DNA of 24,000 bases, from the NCBI RefSeq assembly GCF_900100045.1, contig NZ_FNEA01000001.1, forward strand, positions 82,089 to 106,088, read 5' to 3'. Under the pieces are notes generated by a model. It did not search any database. It had not been told where the DNA came from and saw nothing but the letters and a program-made list of their open reading frames with translations. Numbering within the stretch: the stretch's first letter is position 1; each line of letters begins with the position of its first letter. The position numbers and the translations under genes were made by a program. Source of the DNA: Paracoccus denitrificans. GTDB taxonomy: Bacteria; Pseudomonadota; Alphaproteobacteria; Rhodobacterales; Rhodobacteraceae. Below, piece by piece: positions 16,018 through 23,489 of this stretch.

Positions 16018-16401
16018 TCAGTCCTGGATGCGCTCGGGATACATGTCGTAATTCTGCCCGTCGATCACGATGCGGACGGCCTTCATATGCGCGCTTTGGT
16101 CCAGGTTGCGATTGCCGATTACCGTGATCGCATCGCCCGGCTGCGCCGTGTCGGCGGCAAAGCCCGAGCGCGCCGTCTGGTTGGGATTGCCCAGATCGAC
16201 CTGCCAGACCGTGCCCTGGGCGTCGCGGACCTGGATCGTGGGATGGGGCGGGTTCATCGAGACGCTTTCGATGGTTCCCTCCAGCGTCGTCTGCTCGCCC
16301 TCGGCCCATGACCAGCCGTGATGCGCAAGCATGGGCGTGCCGCCAAGCGCCAGGGCAACGGCGAGGACGAGGGATGGAAAGGTGCGGGCGTGGATATGCA
16401 T
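16018..16401 (-). CDS. Small secreted protein of unknown function (127 aa); predicted mature N terminus HHGWSW (DUF6152-like by recollection)
   Basis: Signal peptide MHIHARTFPSLVLAVALALGGTPMLA|HHGWSWAEGE. It fits the pattern HH-x10-L-x-GT-x7-NPxHP...PGD-x-[IV]-x-V that I recall from secreted HHSF... proteins. AAGAGG lies upstream of ATG 16401. Confidence 0.7.
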   Translation of the reverse strand: MHIHARTFPSLVLAVALALGGTPMLAHHGWSWAEGEQTTLEGTIESVSMNPPHPTIQVRDAQGTVWQVDLGNPNQTARSGFAADTAQPGDAITVIGNRNLDQSAHMKAVRIVIDGQNYDMYPERIQD

Positions 16402-16544
16402 GTCGGACCTCTTTTCGGATGTTGGTCGGGACTGCCGCGCGGTGGATGGCCGCCCCACCATGATCCGCCAGCCGGCGCCGGTCTGCGCTGACAATCGCGT
16501 GAGCGCCGGGATCGGGATGCGTGATTTTGAGCGATCGGCTTTCA

Positions 16545-16568
16545 TTAATTGACCGACCGAACGGTTAA
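16545..16568 (+). promoter_or_regulatory. Shared promoter/operator-like box upstream of pac (TTAATTGACCGACCGAACGGTTAA), containing a -35-like TTGACC
   Basis: 18 of 24 positions are identical to a box upstream of paaJ (20037-20060). Both are on the + strand, 77 and 64 nt before their start codons. Confidence 0.35.
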
Positions 16569-16621
16569 CTATAACCATGGCAACGCGCCGGAGGAGGCGC
16601 CTACACCCGGAGGAGAATCAC

Positions 16622-18994
16622 ATGTCCAGGTCCTTGCTTGGCCGCCTGTTGCTGTCGGCCGGCCTTTCCGTCCTTGTTGCCTGTCCGGCGTTGGCCGATA
16701 CCCAGGTCGAGATCGTGCGCGACAACTGGGGCGTGCCGCATGTCTATGCCGACGACGTGCACGGCCTTTACGCGGGCTTTGGCTACAGCGTGGCGCAGGA
16801 CCGGCTGTTCCAGATGGAGATGGCGCGGCGCTCGGTCCTGGGCGAGGTGGCCGAGGTGCTGGGCATCGAGCGGCTGCCCTTCGACATCCAGACCCGGGCC
16901 ATGTTCGACCATGCCGATATCCGCAGCCAGATCGAGGCGCTGGCCCCGGAAGAGCGCGACATCCTGCGCGGCTATGCGGCGGGCTTCAACCTGTGGGTGG
17001 ACCGGGTTCTGGCCGATCCGGCCAAGCTGATGCCCAGGCAGTTCAACGATTTCGGCTTCAAGCCCCGGCGCTGGACCGAGTTCGACGTGGCGATGATCTA
17101 TGTCGGGACCATGGCCGGCCGCTTTTCGGGCTATAGCGCCGAACTGGGCAATGCCAAGACGCTGGCCGAGCTCGAGGCGCAATTCGGCCCTGAAAAGGCG
17201 CGCGTGCTTTTCGACCAGATGTTCTGGAACGAGGATCCGCTGGCCCCGACCACTGTGCCCGAGGGCGGGCAATACCAGCGCAAGGCCGGGCTGGCCCCGT
17301 CCGAGCCCGGCCGCTTTGCCGAATTGCTGCACGCGGGCGGGCTGCCCGGCGACGACGACCGCCCGCGCGCCAGTAATCTGTGGATCGCCGGGCCGCAAAA
17401 GACCACCGATGGCAGCACCATCCTGATCAACGGCCCGCAATTCGGCAATTTCAACCCGTCCTATGTCTTCAGCATCGGCCTGCATGGCGCCGGGTTCGAC
17501 CTGACCGGCAACACGCCCTTTGCCGTGCCCAACGTCCTTTTCGGCACCAACGGCACCATCGCCTGGGGCGCCACGGCCGGGCCGCGCGACGTGAACGACT
17601 ATTACCGGCTGGAGTTGAACCCCGAGAATCCGCGGCAATACCGCGCCCACGACGGCTGGAAGGAGATGACGGCCCGCCGCGAGACCTTCCGCGTCAAGGG
17701 CCAGCCCGAGGTCGAGACCACGGTCTGGGAAAGCGAATACGGCGTGGTCGGCCAGATCGATCCAGGGACGGCGACCGCCTATGCCTTCAACCGCGCCTGG
17801 AAGGGACAGGAGATCTCGACGCTCATGGCCTGGGTGGACTCGACCAAGGCGCAGAATTACGAAGAATGGCTGGACCAGGCGGAAAAGGTCGCGACCACGA
17901 TCAACTGGTATTACGCCGACCGGGACGGCAATATCGGCTATGTCTCGCCCGGCCATGTCCCCGTCCGCGCCGAAGGCCACGACCAGCGGCTTCCGGCCCG
18001 GCCGGGCAAGGACGACTGGCAGGGCGTGCGGCCCTTTGCCGATGCGCCCAAGGGCTATAACCCCAGCCAGGGCTGGATCGCGAACTGGAACAACCGCTCG
18101 GCCAGGGGCGATGCCGCGAATTTCGAGGCCACGCCCTGGGGCAGCGCCGACCGGGTGGTCGAGATCATGGCGCGGCTCGACGCCAGGGAAAAGCTGACGC
18201 CCGACGAGATCTGGGACATCAATCGCGAGATCAGCTTTCTCGACATCAACGCGCGCTATTTCCTGCCCTTCATCCTTGATGCGGCCGAGGGCATCGACCC
18301 GCAAAGCCAGCGCGCCGAACTGGTCGAGATCCTGCGCCATTGGGACGGGCAGCAGATCCGGGCCGAGGACGGCCGCGCGACCACCTCGGCCGTGGGGCTG
18401 TTCCAGGCCTGGCTGGACGTGATGGTCGAGGACGTGCTGCGCGACGATAATCCGGCGATCCCGCCGGCGATCCTTTACAACCGCATCTCACGCACCGCGC
18501 AGATGCTGCACAACGCGCTGCTGGGCGAGCGGGCCGGCGTGCCGCAGACCCATGATTTCTTCAACGGCGCCGACGAGGCGGGCCGCAAGGAGATCATCCT
18601 TGCCTCGCTGGACAAGGCGGCCGCGCGGCTGGCCGACAGGTTCTGCAGCCAGGAGCCCGCCGACTGGCGCATCGAGATCAAGCAGCATGTGTTCGAGACC
18701 AGCAACTACCTGGGCATCCCTCAGGCCGGCGAGGACGAGGTTCGCGCCATCGGCACCTCGATGAACCGCGGCACCGAGAACAACCGGATCACCTTTCGCG
18801 AAGGCAAGGCCGAGTTCTGCGCGGTGACGCCGCCGGGCCAGAGCGGCTTCATCAGCCCCTCGGGCGAGGCTTCGCCGCATTACGAGGACCAGTTGGCGCT
18901 TTACGAGGGTTTCGATTGCCGCCCGCAGGCGCTGACCCGCGACGAGGTCGAAGCGGTGGCGGTGTCGCGCGAAACCCTTGCCGTTCCGCGGTAG
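16622..18994 (+). CDS. pac: Penicillin G acylase-type Ntn hydrolase precursor (signal peptide, alpha chain, spacer, beta chain), 790 aa
   Basis: Similarity to E. coli penicillin G acylase along the whole length, as I recall that sequence. Examples: IVRDNWGVPHVYADD...GFGYSVAQDRLFQMEMARRS, FDVAMIYVGTMAGRFS, beta-chain start SNLWIAGPQ...ILINGPQFG, GLHGAGFDLTGNTPFA, TINWYYADRDGNIGYV, GWIANWNN, NRGTEN, PPGQSGFISP...HYEDQL. The nucleophile Ser codon is AGT 17372-17374. Signal peptide MSRSLLGRLLLSAGLSVLVACPALA|D. ATG 16622 is preceded by GGAGGAG. Confidence 0.9.
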   Translation: MSRSLLGRLLLSAGLSVLVACPALADTQVEIVRDNWGVPHVYADDVHGLYAGFGYSVAQDRLFQMEMARRSVLGEVAEVLGIERLPFDIQTRAMFDHADIRSQIEALAPEERDILRGYAAGFNLWVDRVLADPAKLMPRQFNDFGFKPRRWTEFDVAMIYVGTMAGRFSGYSAELGNAKTLAELEAQFGPEKARVLFDQMFWNEDPLAPTTVPEGGQYQRKAGLAPSEPGRFAELLHAGGLPGDDDRPRASNLWIAGPQKTTDGSTILINGPQFGNFNPSYVFSIGLHGAGFDLTGNTPFAVPNVLFGTNGTIAWGATAGPRDVNDYYRLELNPENPRQYRAHDGWKEMTARRETFRVKGQPEVETTVWESEYGVVGQIDPGTATAYAFNRAWKGQEISTLMAWVDSTKAQNYEEWLDQAEKVATTINWYYADRDGNIGYVSPGHVPVRAEGHDQRLPARPGKDDWQGVRPFADAPKGYNPSQGWIANWNNRSARGDAANFEATPWGSADRVVEIMARLDAREKLTPDEIWDINREISFLDINARYFLPFILDAAEGIDPQSQRAELVEILRHWDGQQIRAEDGRATTSAVGLFQAWLDVMVEDVLRDDNPAIPPAILYNRISRTAQMLHNALLGERAGVPQTHDFFNGADEAGRKEIILASLDKAAARLADRFCSQEPADWRIEIKQHVFETSNYLGIPQAGEDEVRAIGTSMNRGTENNRITFREGKAEFCAVTPPGQSGFISPSGEASPHYEDQLALYEGFDCRPQALTRDEVEAVAVSRETLAVPR

Positions 18995-19100
18995 GGGGAT
19001 GGCCGGCATCCGCAGCCGGATGGTTGCGGCCGGGGCAAGCCGCATTGCGCATGACCGCTTTCCCGGCTTCAATGGCGGCGGTTGCGAATGGCGAGGACGG

Positions 19101-19955
19101 ATGCGGCAGGGCGAGATGGCCAAGCGCGGGCTGATCGACGGGATATTGGAGGGGATGGCGCTGCGTTCGGCCGCGTTCATCGTCACCGTCTATGGCGATG
19201 TGGTCGTGCCGCGCGGCGGCGTGTTGTGGACCGGCACGCTGATCGAGGTCTGCGAGCGGGTCGGCATCAGCGAATCGCTGGTGCGCACCGCCGTCTCGCG
19301 CCTTGTCGCCGCCCACCGGCTGCGGGGCGAGCGGCTGGGGCGGCGCAGCTATTACCGGCTGGACGCCTCGGCCCAGCGGGAGTTCGACCAGGCGGCGCGG
19401 TTGCTTTACAAACCCGAGGTTCCGGCGCGCGGCTGGCAGATCCTGCACGCCCCCGACCTCACCGAGGACGAGGCCCGCCACCAGCGCATGGGCCATATGG
19501 GCGGGGCGGTCTTCATCCGTCCCGACCGCGGCCAGCCGGTGCCCGAGGGCGCGCTGCCTTTCCTTGCCTCGGACCCGCCCGAACTGGGCCGGATCGGGCA
19601 GTTCTGGGATCTCTCGGCGCTGCATCAGCGTTATCTCGACATGCTGGTGCGCTTTGCGCCGCTGGCCGAGGCAGGGGCGGCGCTGTCGGACGAGATGGCG
19701 CTGATCGCCCGGCTGCTCTTGGTGCATGATTATCGCGGCGTCCTGCTGCGCGATCCGCGCCTGCCGCAGCCCGCCCTGCCGCCGGACTGGCAGGGGCATG
19801 AAGCGCGGGCGCTGTTCCGCCGCCTCTATCGCCAGCTTTCGCCGGCGGCGGAGCGCTGGATCGGGACGCATTTCGAGGGCAGCGGCGGCTTCCTGCCCGA
19901 GAAAACCGCCGAAAGCGAGGCGAGGCTGGCCGATCTGTGCCAGGCAACAGATTGA
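19101..19955 (+). CDS. paaX: PaaX-family transcriptional repressor of phenylacetate catabolism, 284 aa
   Basis: FIVTVYGDVVVPRGGVLWTGTLIEVCERVGISESLVRTAVSRLVAAHRLRGERLGRRSYYRL parallels E. coli PaaX LISSLYGD...GGEIWLGSL...FVRTALFRL...GRRSFYSL. The C-terminal LLLVHDYRGVLLRDPRLP parallels LLLIHFYRRVVLKDPLLP. Start is 19101 (GAGGA upstream) or 19116. Track start 18978 would overlap pac. Confidence 0.85.
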   Translation: MRQGEMAKRGLIDGILEGMALRSAAFIVTVYGDVVVPRGGVLWTGTLIEVCERVGISESLVRTAVSRLVAAHRLRGERLGRRSYYRLDASAQREFDQAARLLYKPEVPARGWQILHAPDLTEDEARHQRMGHMGGAVFIRPDRGQPVPEGALPFLASDPPELGRIGQFWDLSALHQRYLDMLVRFAPLAEAGAALSDEMALIARLLLVHDYRGVLLRDPRLPQPALPPDWQGHEARALFRRLYRQLSPAAERWIGTHFEGSGGFLPEKTAESEARLADLCQATD

Positions 19956-20036
19956 ATTAAATGGTTTATTTTGCGCATCCTCAAACATTACACAGAGGCC
20001 CAAGATTTTTCTTTCTTTGTGATGTTTGGGGCGGTA

Positions 20037-20072
20037 TAAATTGACCAATCGGTCGGTGAATTGGAGAATCAC
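20037..20072 (+). promoter_or_regulatory. Candidate paaJ-operon promoter/operator: shared box TAAATTGACCAATCGGTCGGTGAA, -35-like TTGACC (20041-20046), -10-like GAGAAT (20064-20069, 17-nt spacer), GGAGAATCAC (20063-20072)
   Basis: Read from the sequence in the AT-rich paaX-paaJ spacer. GAATCA matches the PaaX half-site reported for E. coli, as I recall it. The hexamer assignment is by eye. Confidence 0.35.
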
Positions 20073-20100
20073 CTGCCGTTGCCAAACAAGGGGAGAGAGC

Positions 20101-21306
20101 ATGCAGGACGCCTTCATCTGTGATGCGGTGCGCACGCCGATCGGTCGCTATGGCGGGGCGCTGGCCTCGGTCCGGGCGGACGACCTGGCCGCGGTGCCGC
20201 TGAAAGCGCTGATGGAGCGCAATCCGGGCGTGGATTGGTCGGCGGTGGACGACCTGATCTATGGCTGCGCCAACCAGGCGGGCGAGGACAATCGCAATGT
20301 CGGGCGCATGGCGGTGCTGCTGGCCGGGATGCCGGTGGGCGTGCCGGGGACGACGGTGAACCGGCTTTGCGGCTCGGGCATGGATGCGGTCGGCATGGCG
20401 GCCCGCGCCATCAAGGCGGGCGATTGCGATTTCGTCATCGCCGGCGGCGTCGAAAGCATGACCCGCGCCCCCTTCGTGATGCCCAAGGCGGAAACCGCCT
20501 TTTCCCGCGCCAATGCGGTCTATGACACCACCATCGGCTGGCGCTTCGTCAATCCGGCGATGAAGGCGCGGTTCGGCATCGATTCGATGCCCCAGACCGC
20601 CGACAACGTGGCCGCCGATTTCAGCATCAGCCGCGCCGACCAGGACGCTTTCGCTGCCCGCAGCCAGGCCCGCTGGGAAGCGGCGCAGAAGGCGGGCGTC
20701 TTTGCCGACGAGATCGTGCCGGTCATCGTGCCGCAGAAGAAGGGCGAGCCCGTCGTGGTCGATACCGACGAGCATCCCCGCCCCGGCACCACGGCCGAGA
20801 CGCTGGCCAAGCTCAGGGGCGTGAACGGTCCCGACCTGACGGTGACGGCCGGCAATGCCTCGGGCGTGAACGACGGCGCTGCCGCCTTGGCGATCCTGTC
20901 GGGTGCGGCGGCGGAGCGGCACGGCCTGGTGCCGAAGGCGCGCATCGTCGCCATGGCGGCGGCGGGGGTCGAGCCGCGCATCATGGGCATCGGCCCGGCG
21001 CCGGCGGCGAAAAAGGTCTTGGCGCGCGCGGGGCTGACCATCGGGCAGATGGATGTGATAGAATTGAACGAGGCCTTCGCCAGCCAGGCGCTGGCGACCC
21101 TGCGCGATCTTGGCCTGCCCGACGATGCCGCCCATGTGAACCCGAACGGCGGCGCCATCGCGATCGGCCATCCGCTTGGCATGTCGGGGGCCCGGCTTGT
21201 GACGACGGCGATGTATCAGTTGCATCGCACCGGAGGGCGCTATGCGCTTTGCACCATGTGCATCGGCGTGGGACAGGGCATCGCCCTCATCATCGAACGC
21301 GTTTGA
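20101..21306 (+). CDS. paaJ: 3-oxoadipyl-CoA / 3-oxo-5,6-dehydrosuberyl-CoA thiolase (PaaJ/PcaF type), 401 aa
   Basis: MQDAFICDAVRTPIGRYGG, NRLCGSGMDA (nucleophile Cys), NEAFASQ, GHPLGMSGARL, CIGVGQG. It sits directly upstream of paaABCD. ATG 20101 follows AAGGGGAGAG. Confidence 0.9.
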   Translation: MQDAFICDAVRTPIGRYGGALASVRADDLAAVPLKALMERNPGVDWSAVDDLIYGCANQAGEDNRNVGRMAVLLAGMPVGVPGTTVNRLCGSGMDAVGMAARAIKAGDCDFVIAGGVESMTRAPFVMPKAETAFSRANAVYDTTIGWRFVNPAMKARFGIDSMPQTADNVAADFSISRADQDAFAARSQARWEAAQKAGVFADEIVPVIVPQKKGEPVVVDTDEHPRPGTTAETLAKLRGVNGPDLTVTAGNASGVNDGAAALAILSGAAAERHGLVPKARIVAMAAAGVEPRIMGIGPAPAAKKVLARAGLTIGQMDVIELNEAFASQALATLRDLGLPDDAAHVNPNGGAIAIGHPLGMSGARLVTTAMYQLHRTGGRYALCTMCIGVGQGIALIIERV

Positions 21307-21324
21307 CCCAGGGAGAAGTTTGCC

Positions 21325-22314
21325 ATGTATGCCCAGCTTGTGAAGTCCGAAGGGATGAAGGCCCGCGAGGAGATGACCCCCCAGGAGATTGCCTTCCAGG
21401 AGCGCATCGACCGCGGCGAGAAGATCGAGCCCAAGGAGTGGATGCCCGAAGGTTATCGCAAGACGCTGGTCCGCCAGATCGGCCAGCACGCGCATAGCGA
21501 GATCGTCGGCCAGCTGCCCGAGGGCAACTGGATCACCCGCGCGCCCACGCTGGAGCGCAAGGCGATCCTGCTGGCCAAGGTGCAGGACGAGGCCGGGCAT
21601 GGGCTGTATCTCTATTCGGCGGCCGAGACGCTGGGCGTGTCGCGCGACGAGCTGATGGAGCTGCTGCATGCCGGCAAGATGAAATATTCCTCGATCTTCA
21701 ACTATCCGACGCTGACTTGGGCCGACATGGGCGCGGTGGGCTGGCTGGTCGACGGCGCGGCGATCATGAACCAGGTGCCGCTGCAACGCACCTCCTACGG
21801 TCCCTATTCCCGCGCCATGATCCGCATCTGCAAGGAAGAAAGCTTCCACCAGCGCCAGGGCTATGCGGTGATGATGAAGCTTGCGGAGGGCACGCCCGCG
21901 CAGAAGCGGATGGCGCAGGACGCGCTGAACCGCTTCTGGTATCCGGCGCTGATGATGTTTGGTCCTTCGGACAAGGACTCGGTGCATTCGGCGCAGTCCA
22001 TGGCCTGGAAGATCAAGATCAACACCAATGACGAGTTGCGGCAGAAATTCGTCGACCAGACCGTGCCGCAGGCGGAGTATCTGGGCCTGACCGTCCCCGA
22101 CCCGGACCTGAAGTGGAACGAGGAAAAGGGCGGCTACGATTTCAGCGAGCCGGACTGGTCGGAATTCTTCGACGTGATCGCCGGCAACGGGCCTTGCAAC
22201 AAGGACCGGCTGGGCGCTCGCGTCAAGGCCTGGGAGGACGGCGCCTGGTTCCGCGAGGGGCTGATGGCGCATGCCGAGAAAGCCGCCGCCCGCCGCGCGC
22301 AAGCCGCCGAATAA
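21325..22314 (+). CDS. paaA: 1,2-phenylacetyl-CoA epoxidase catalytic subunit A, 329 aa
   Basis: Near-colinear with E. coli PaaA: [66 protein letters not shown]...[11 protein letters not shown]...[22 protein letters not shown] lies before 21325. Alternative in-frame starts are 21355 and 21373. Confidence 0.92.
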   Translation: MYAQLVKSEGMKAREEMTPQEIAFQERIDRGEKIEPKEWMPEGYRKTLVRQIGQHAHSEIVGQLPEGNWITRAPTLERKAILLAKVQDEAGHGLYLYSAAETLGVSRDELMELLHAGKMKYSSIFNYPTLTWADMGAVGWLVDGAAIMNQVPLQRTSYGPYSRAMIRICKEESFHQRQGYAVMMKLAEGTPAQKRMAQDALNRFWYPALMMFGPSDKDSVHSAQSMAWKIKINTNDELRQKFVDQTVPQAEYLGLTVPDPDLKWNEEKGGYDFSEPDWSEFFDVIAGNGPCNKDRLGARVKAWEDGAWFREGLMAHAEKAAARRAQAAE

Positions 22315-22385
22315 GCCCGCAATCGCCAGGAACAGCGCTGCCGGTCAATGGGGTTCGGGGCGCAACCAAGTTTAGGGAGAGAACC

Positions 22386-22670
22386 ATGTCCAAGGAATGG
22401 CCGCTCTGGGAAGTCTTCATCCGGGGCCAGCACGGGCTGAACCACCGCCATGTCGGCAGCCTGCACGCGCCCGACGCCGAAATGGCGATCATGAACGCCC
22501 GCGACGTCTATACCCGCCGCAACGAAGGCGTGTCGATCTGGGTCGTGCCTTCGGCGCAGATCACCGCCTCCAGCCCCTCGGAAAAGGGGCCGCTTTTCGA
22601 GCCTTCGAACGCCAAGGTCTATCGCCACCCGACCTTTTTCGACATTCCCGAAGAAGTGGGGCATATGTGA
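22386..22670 (+). CDS. paaB: 1,2-phenylacetyl-CoA epoxidase subunit B, 94 aa
   Basis: WPLWEVFIRGQHGLNHRHVGSLHAPD...SIWVV...KVYRHPTFFDIPEEVGHM matches E. coli PaaB almost motif for motif. GGGAGAG lies upstream of ATG 22386. Confidence 0.92.
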   Translation: MSKEWPLWEVFIRGQHGLNHRHVGSLHAPDAEMAIMNARDVYTRRNEGVSIWVVPSAQITASSPSEKGPLFEPSNAKVYRHPTFFDIPEEVGHM

Positions 22671-23482
22671 TGCCGTCGCTGCCTGACATGACCACGCCCC
22701 AGGTGGCGGAACTGGCCCAGCCCGATGCCGGGCAGGAGGCGTTCTTCGAGATGCTGCTGCGCATCGGCGACTCGGCGCTGGTCCTTGGCCATCGCGTGTC
22801 CGAATGGTGCGGTCATTCGCCGGCGCTGGAAGAGGACATCGCGCTGGCCAACGTGGCGCTGGACCTGATCGGCCAGACGCAGCTTTGGCTGGGCCTGGCC
22901 GGCGAGGTCGAGGGGCAGGGCCGCTCGGCCGACGACCTGGCCTATCTGCGCGACGCCTGGGATTTCCGCAACCTGCTGATCTGCGAGCGTCCGAACGGCG
23001 ATTTCGGCCATACGCTGATGCGGCAGTTCCTGTTCGACGCCTGGCACTACGAGTTGTTGAAGGGGCTGGCGGCTTCGTCGGACCCGCGCGTGGCCGAGAT
23101 TGCGGCCAAGGCGGGCAAGGAGGTGGCCTATCACCTGGAGCGCTCGTCCGACCTGGTGGTGCGGCTGGGCGACGGGACCGAGGAAAGCCATCGCCGGATG
23201 CAGGAGGCGCTGGACGCGCTTTGGCCCTATGCCGGCGAGATGTTCATCGGCGACGACAAGGACGCCGAGCTTGCCGCGCGCGGTATCGCCCCCGATCCGG
23301 CCAGCCTGCGCGCCGGCTGGGACGCCACGCTGCGCCATGTGCTGGGCGAGGCGACCTTGCAGATTCCCGACAGCGACTTTGCGCACAAGGGCGGTAAGCA
23401 GGGCATCCATACCGAACACCTGGGCTATATCCTGGCCGAGATGCAGTTCCTGCAACGCGCCTATCCCGGCGCAAGCTGGTAA
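22670..23482 (+). CDS. paaC: 1,2-phenylacetyl-CoA epoxidase subunit C, 270 aa
   Basis: Position after paaB with a TGATG overlap (22668-22672). PaaC-like sequence FFEMLLRIGDSALVLGHRVSEWCGHSPALEEDIALANVALDLIGQ...YLRDAWDFRN. Confidence 0.88.
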   Translation: MPSLPDMTTPQVAELAQPDAGQEAFFEMLLRIGDSALVLGHRVSEWCGHSPALEEDIALANVALDLIGQTQLWLGLAGEVEGQGRSADDLAYLRDAWDFRNLLICERPNGDFGHTLMRQFLFDAWHYELLKGLAASSDPRVAEIAAKAGKEVAYHLERSSDLVVRLGDGTEESHRRMQEALDALWPYAGEMFIGDDKDAELAARGIAPDPASLRAGWDATLRHVLGEATLQIPDSDFAHKGGKQGIHTEHLGYILAEMQFLQRAYPGASW

Positions 23483-23489
23483 AGCGCCA

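Noticed and set aside
16577-16621. In-frame upstream ATG 16577 adding MATRRRRRLHPEENH to the acylase (possible twin-arginine signal), and the duplicated CCGGAGGAG (16588-16596 and 16607-16615), the first copy lying in a small hairpin GCGCC-GGAGGA-GGCGC
   Set aside because: ATG 16577 has no SD. The extension carries acidic residues between the Arg run and the hydrophobic core, unlike Tat signals, whereas ATG 16622 has an ideal GGAGGAG. No start codon follows the first SD-like copy. The 5-bp stem is too weak to support a regulatory claim.
19961-20044. 27-codon mini-ORF MVYFAHPQTLHRGPRFFFLCDVWGGIN with three consecutive Phe codons upstream of the phenylacetate operon (pheL-like leader peptide?)
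   Set aside because: There is no Shine-Dalgarno before the ATG and no terminator/antiterminator structure that I can find. Codon usage is unlike the genome's. Attenuation logic (read-through when Phe is scarce) is also the wrong way round for a catabolic operon. The T-tract more likely belongs to promoter architecture.
20055-20073. GGTGA-N9-TCACC inverted repeat considered as a CRP site
   Set aside because: The CRP consensus is TGTGA-N6-TCACA, so the 9-nt spacer does not fit. It is kept only as part of the candidate operator region.
16601-22302. Antisense giants 16601..18340 (-, 579 aa, opposite pac) and 19981..22302 (-, 773 aa, opposite paaJ/paaA)
   Set aside because: They lie opposite genes with near-colinear matches to well-known proteins. 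Their translations are low-complexity and the second would span an intergenic region and two genes, so they are artefacts.
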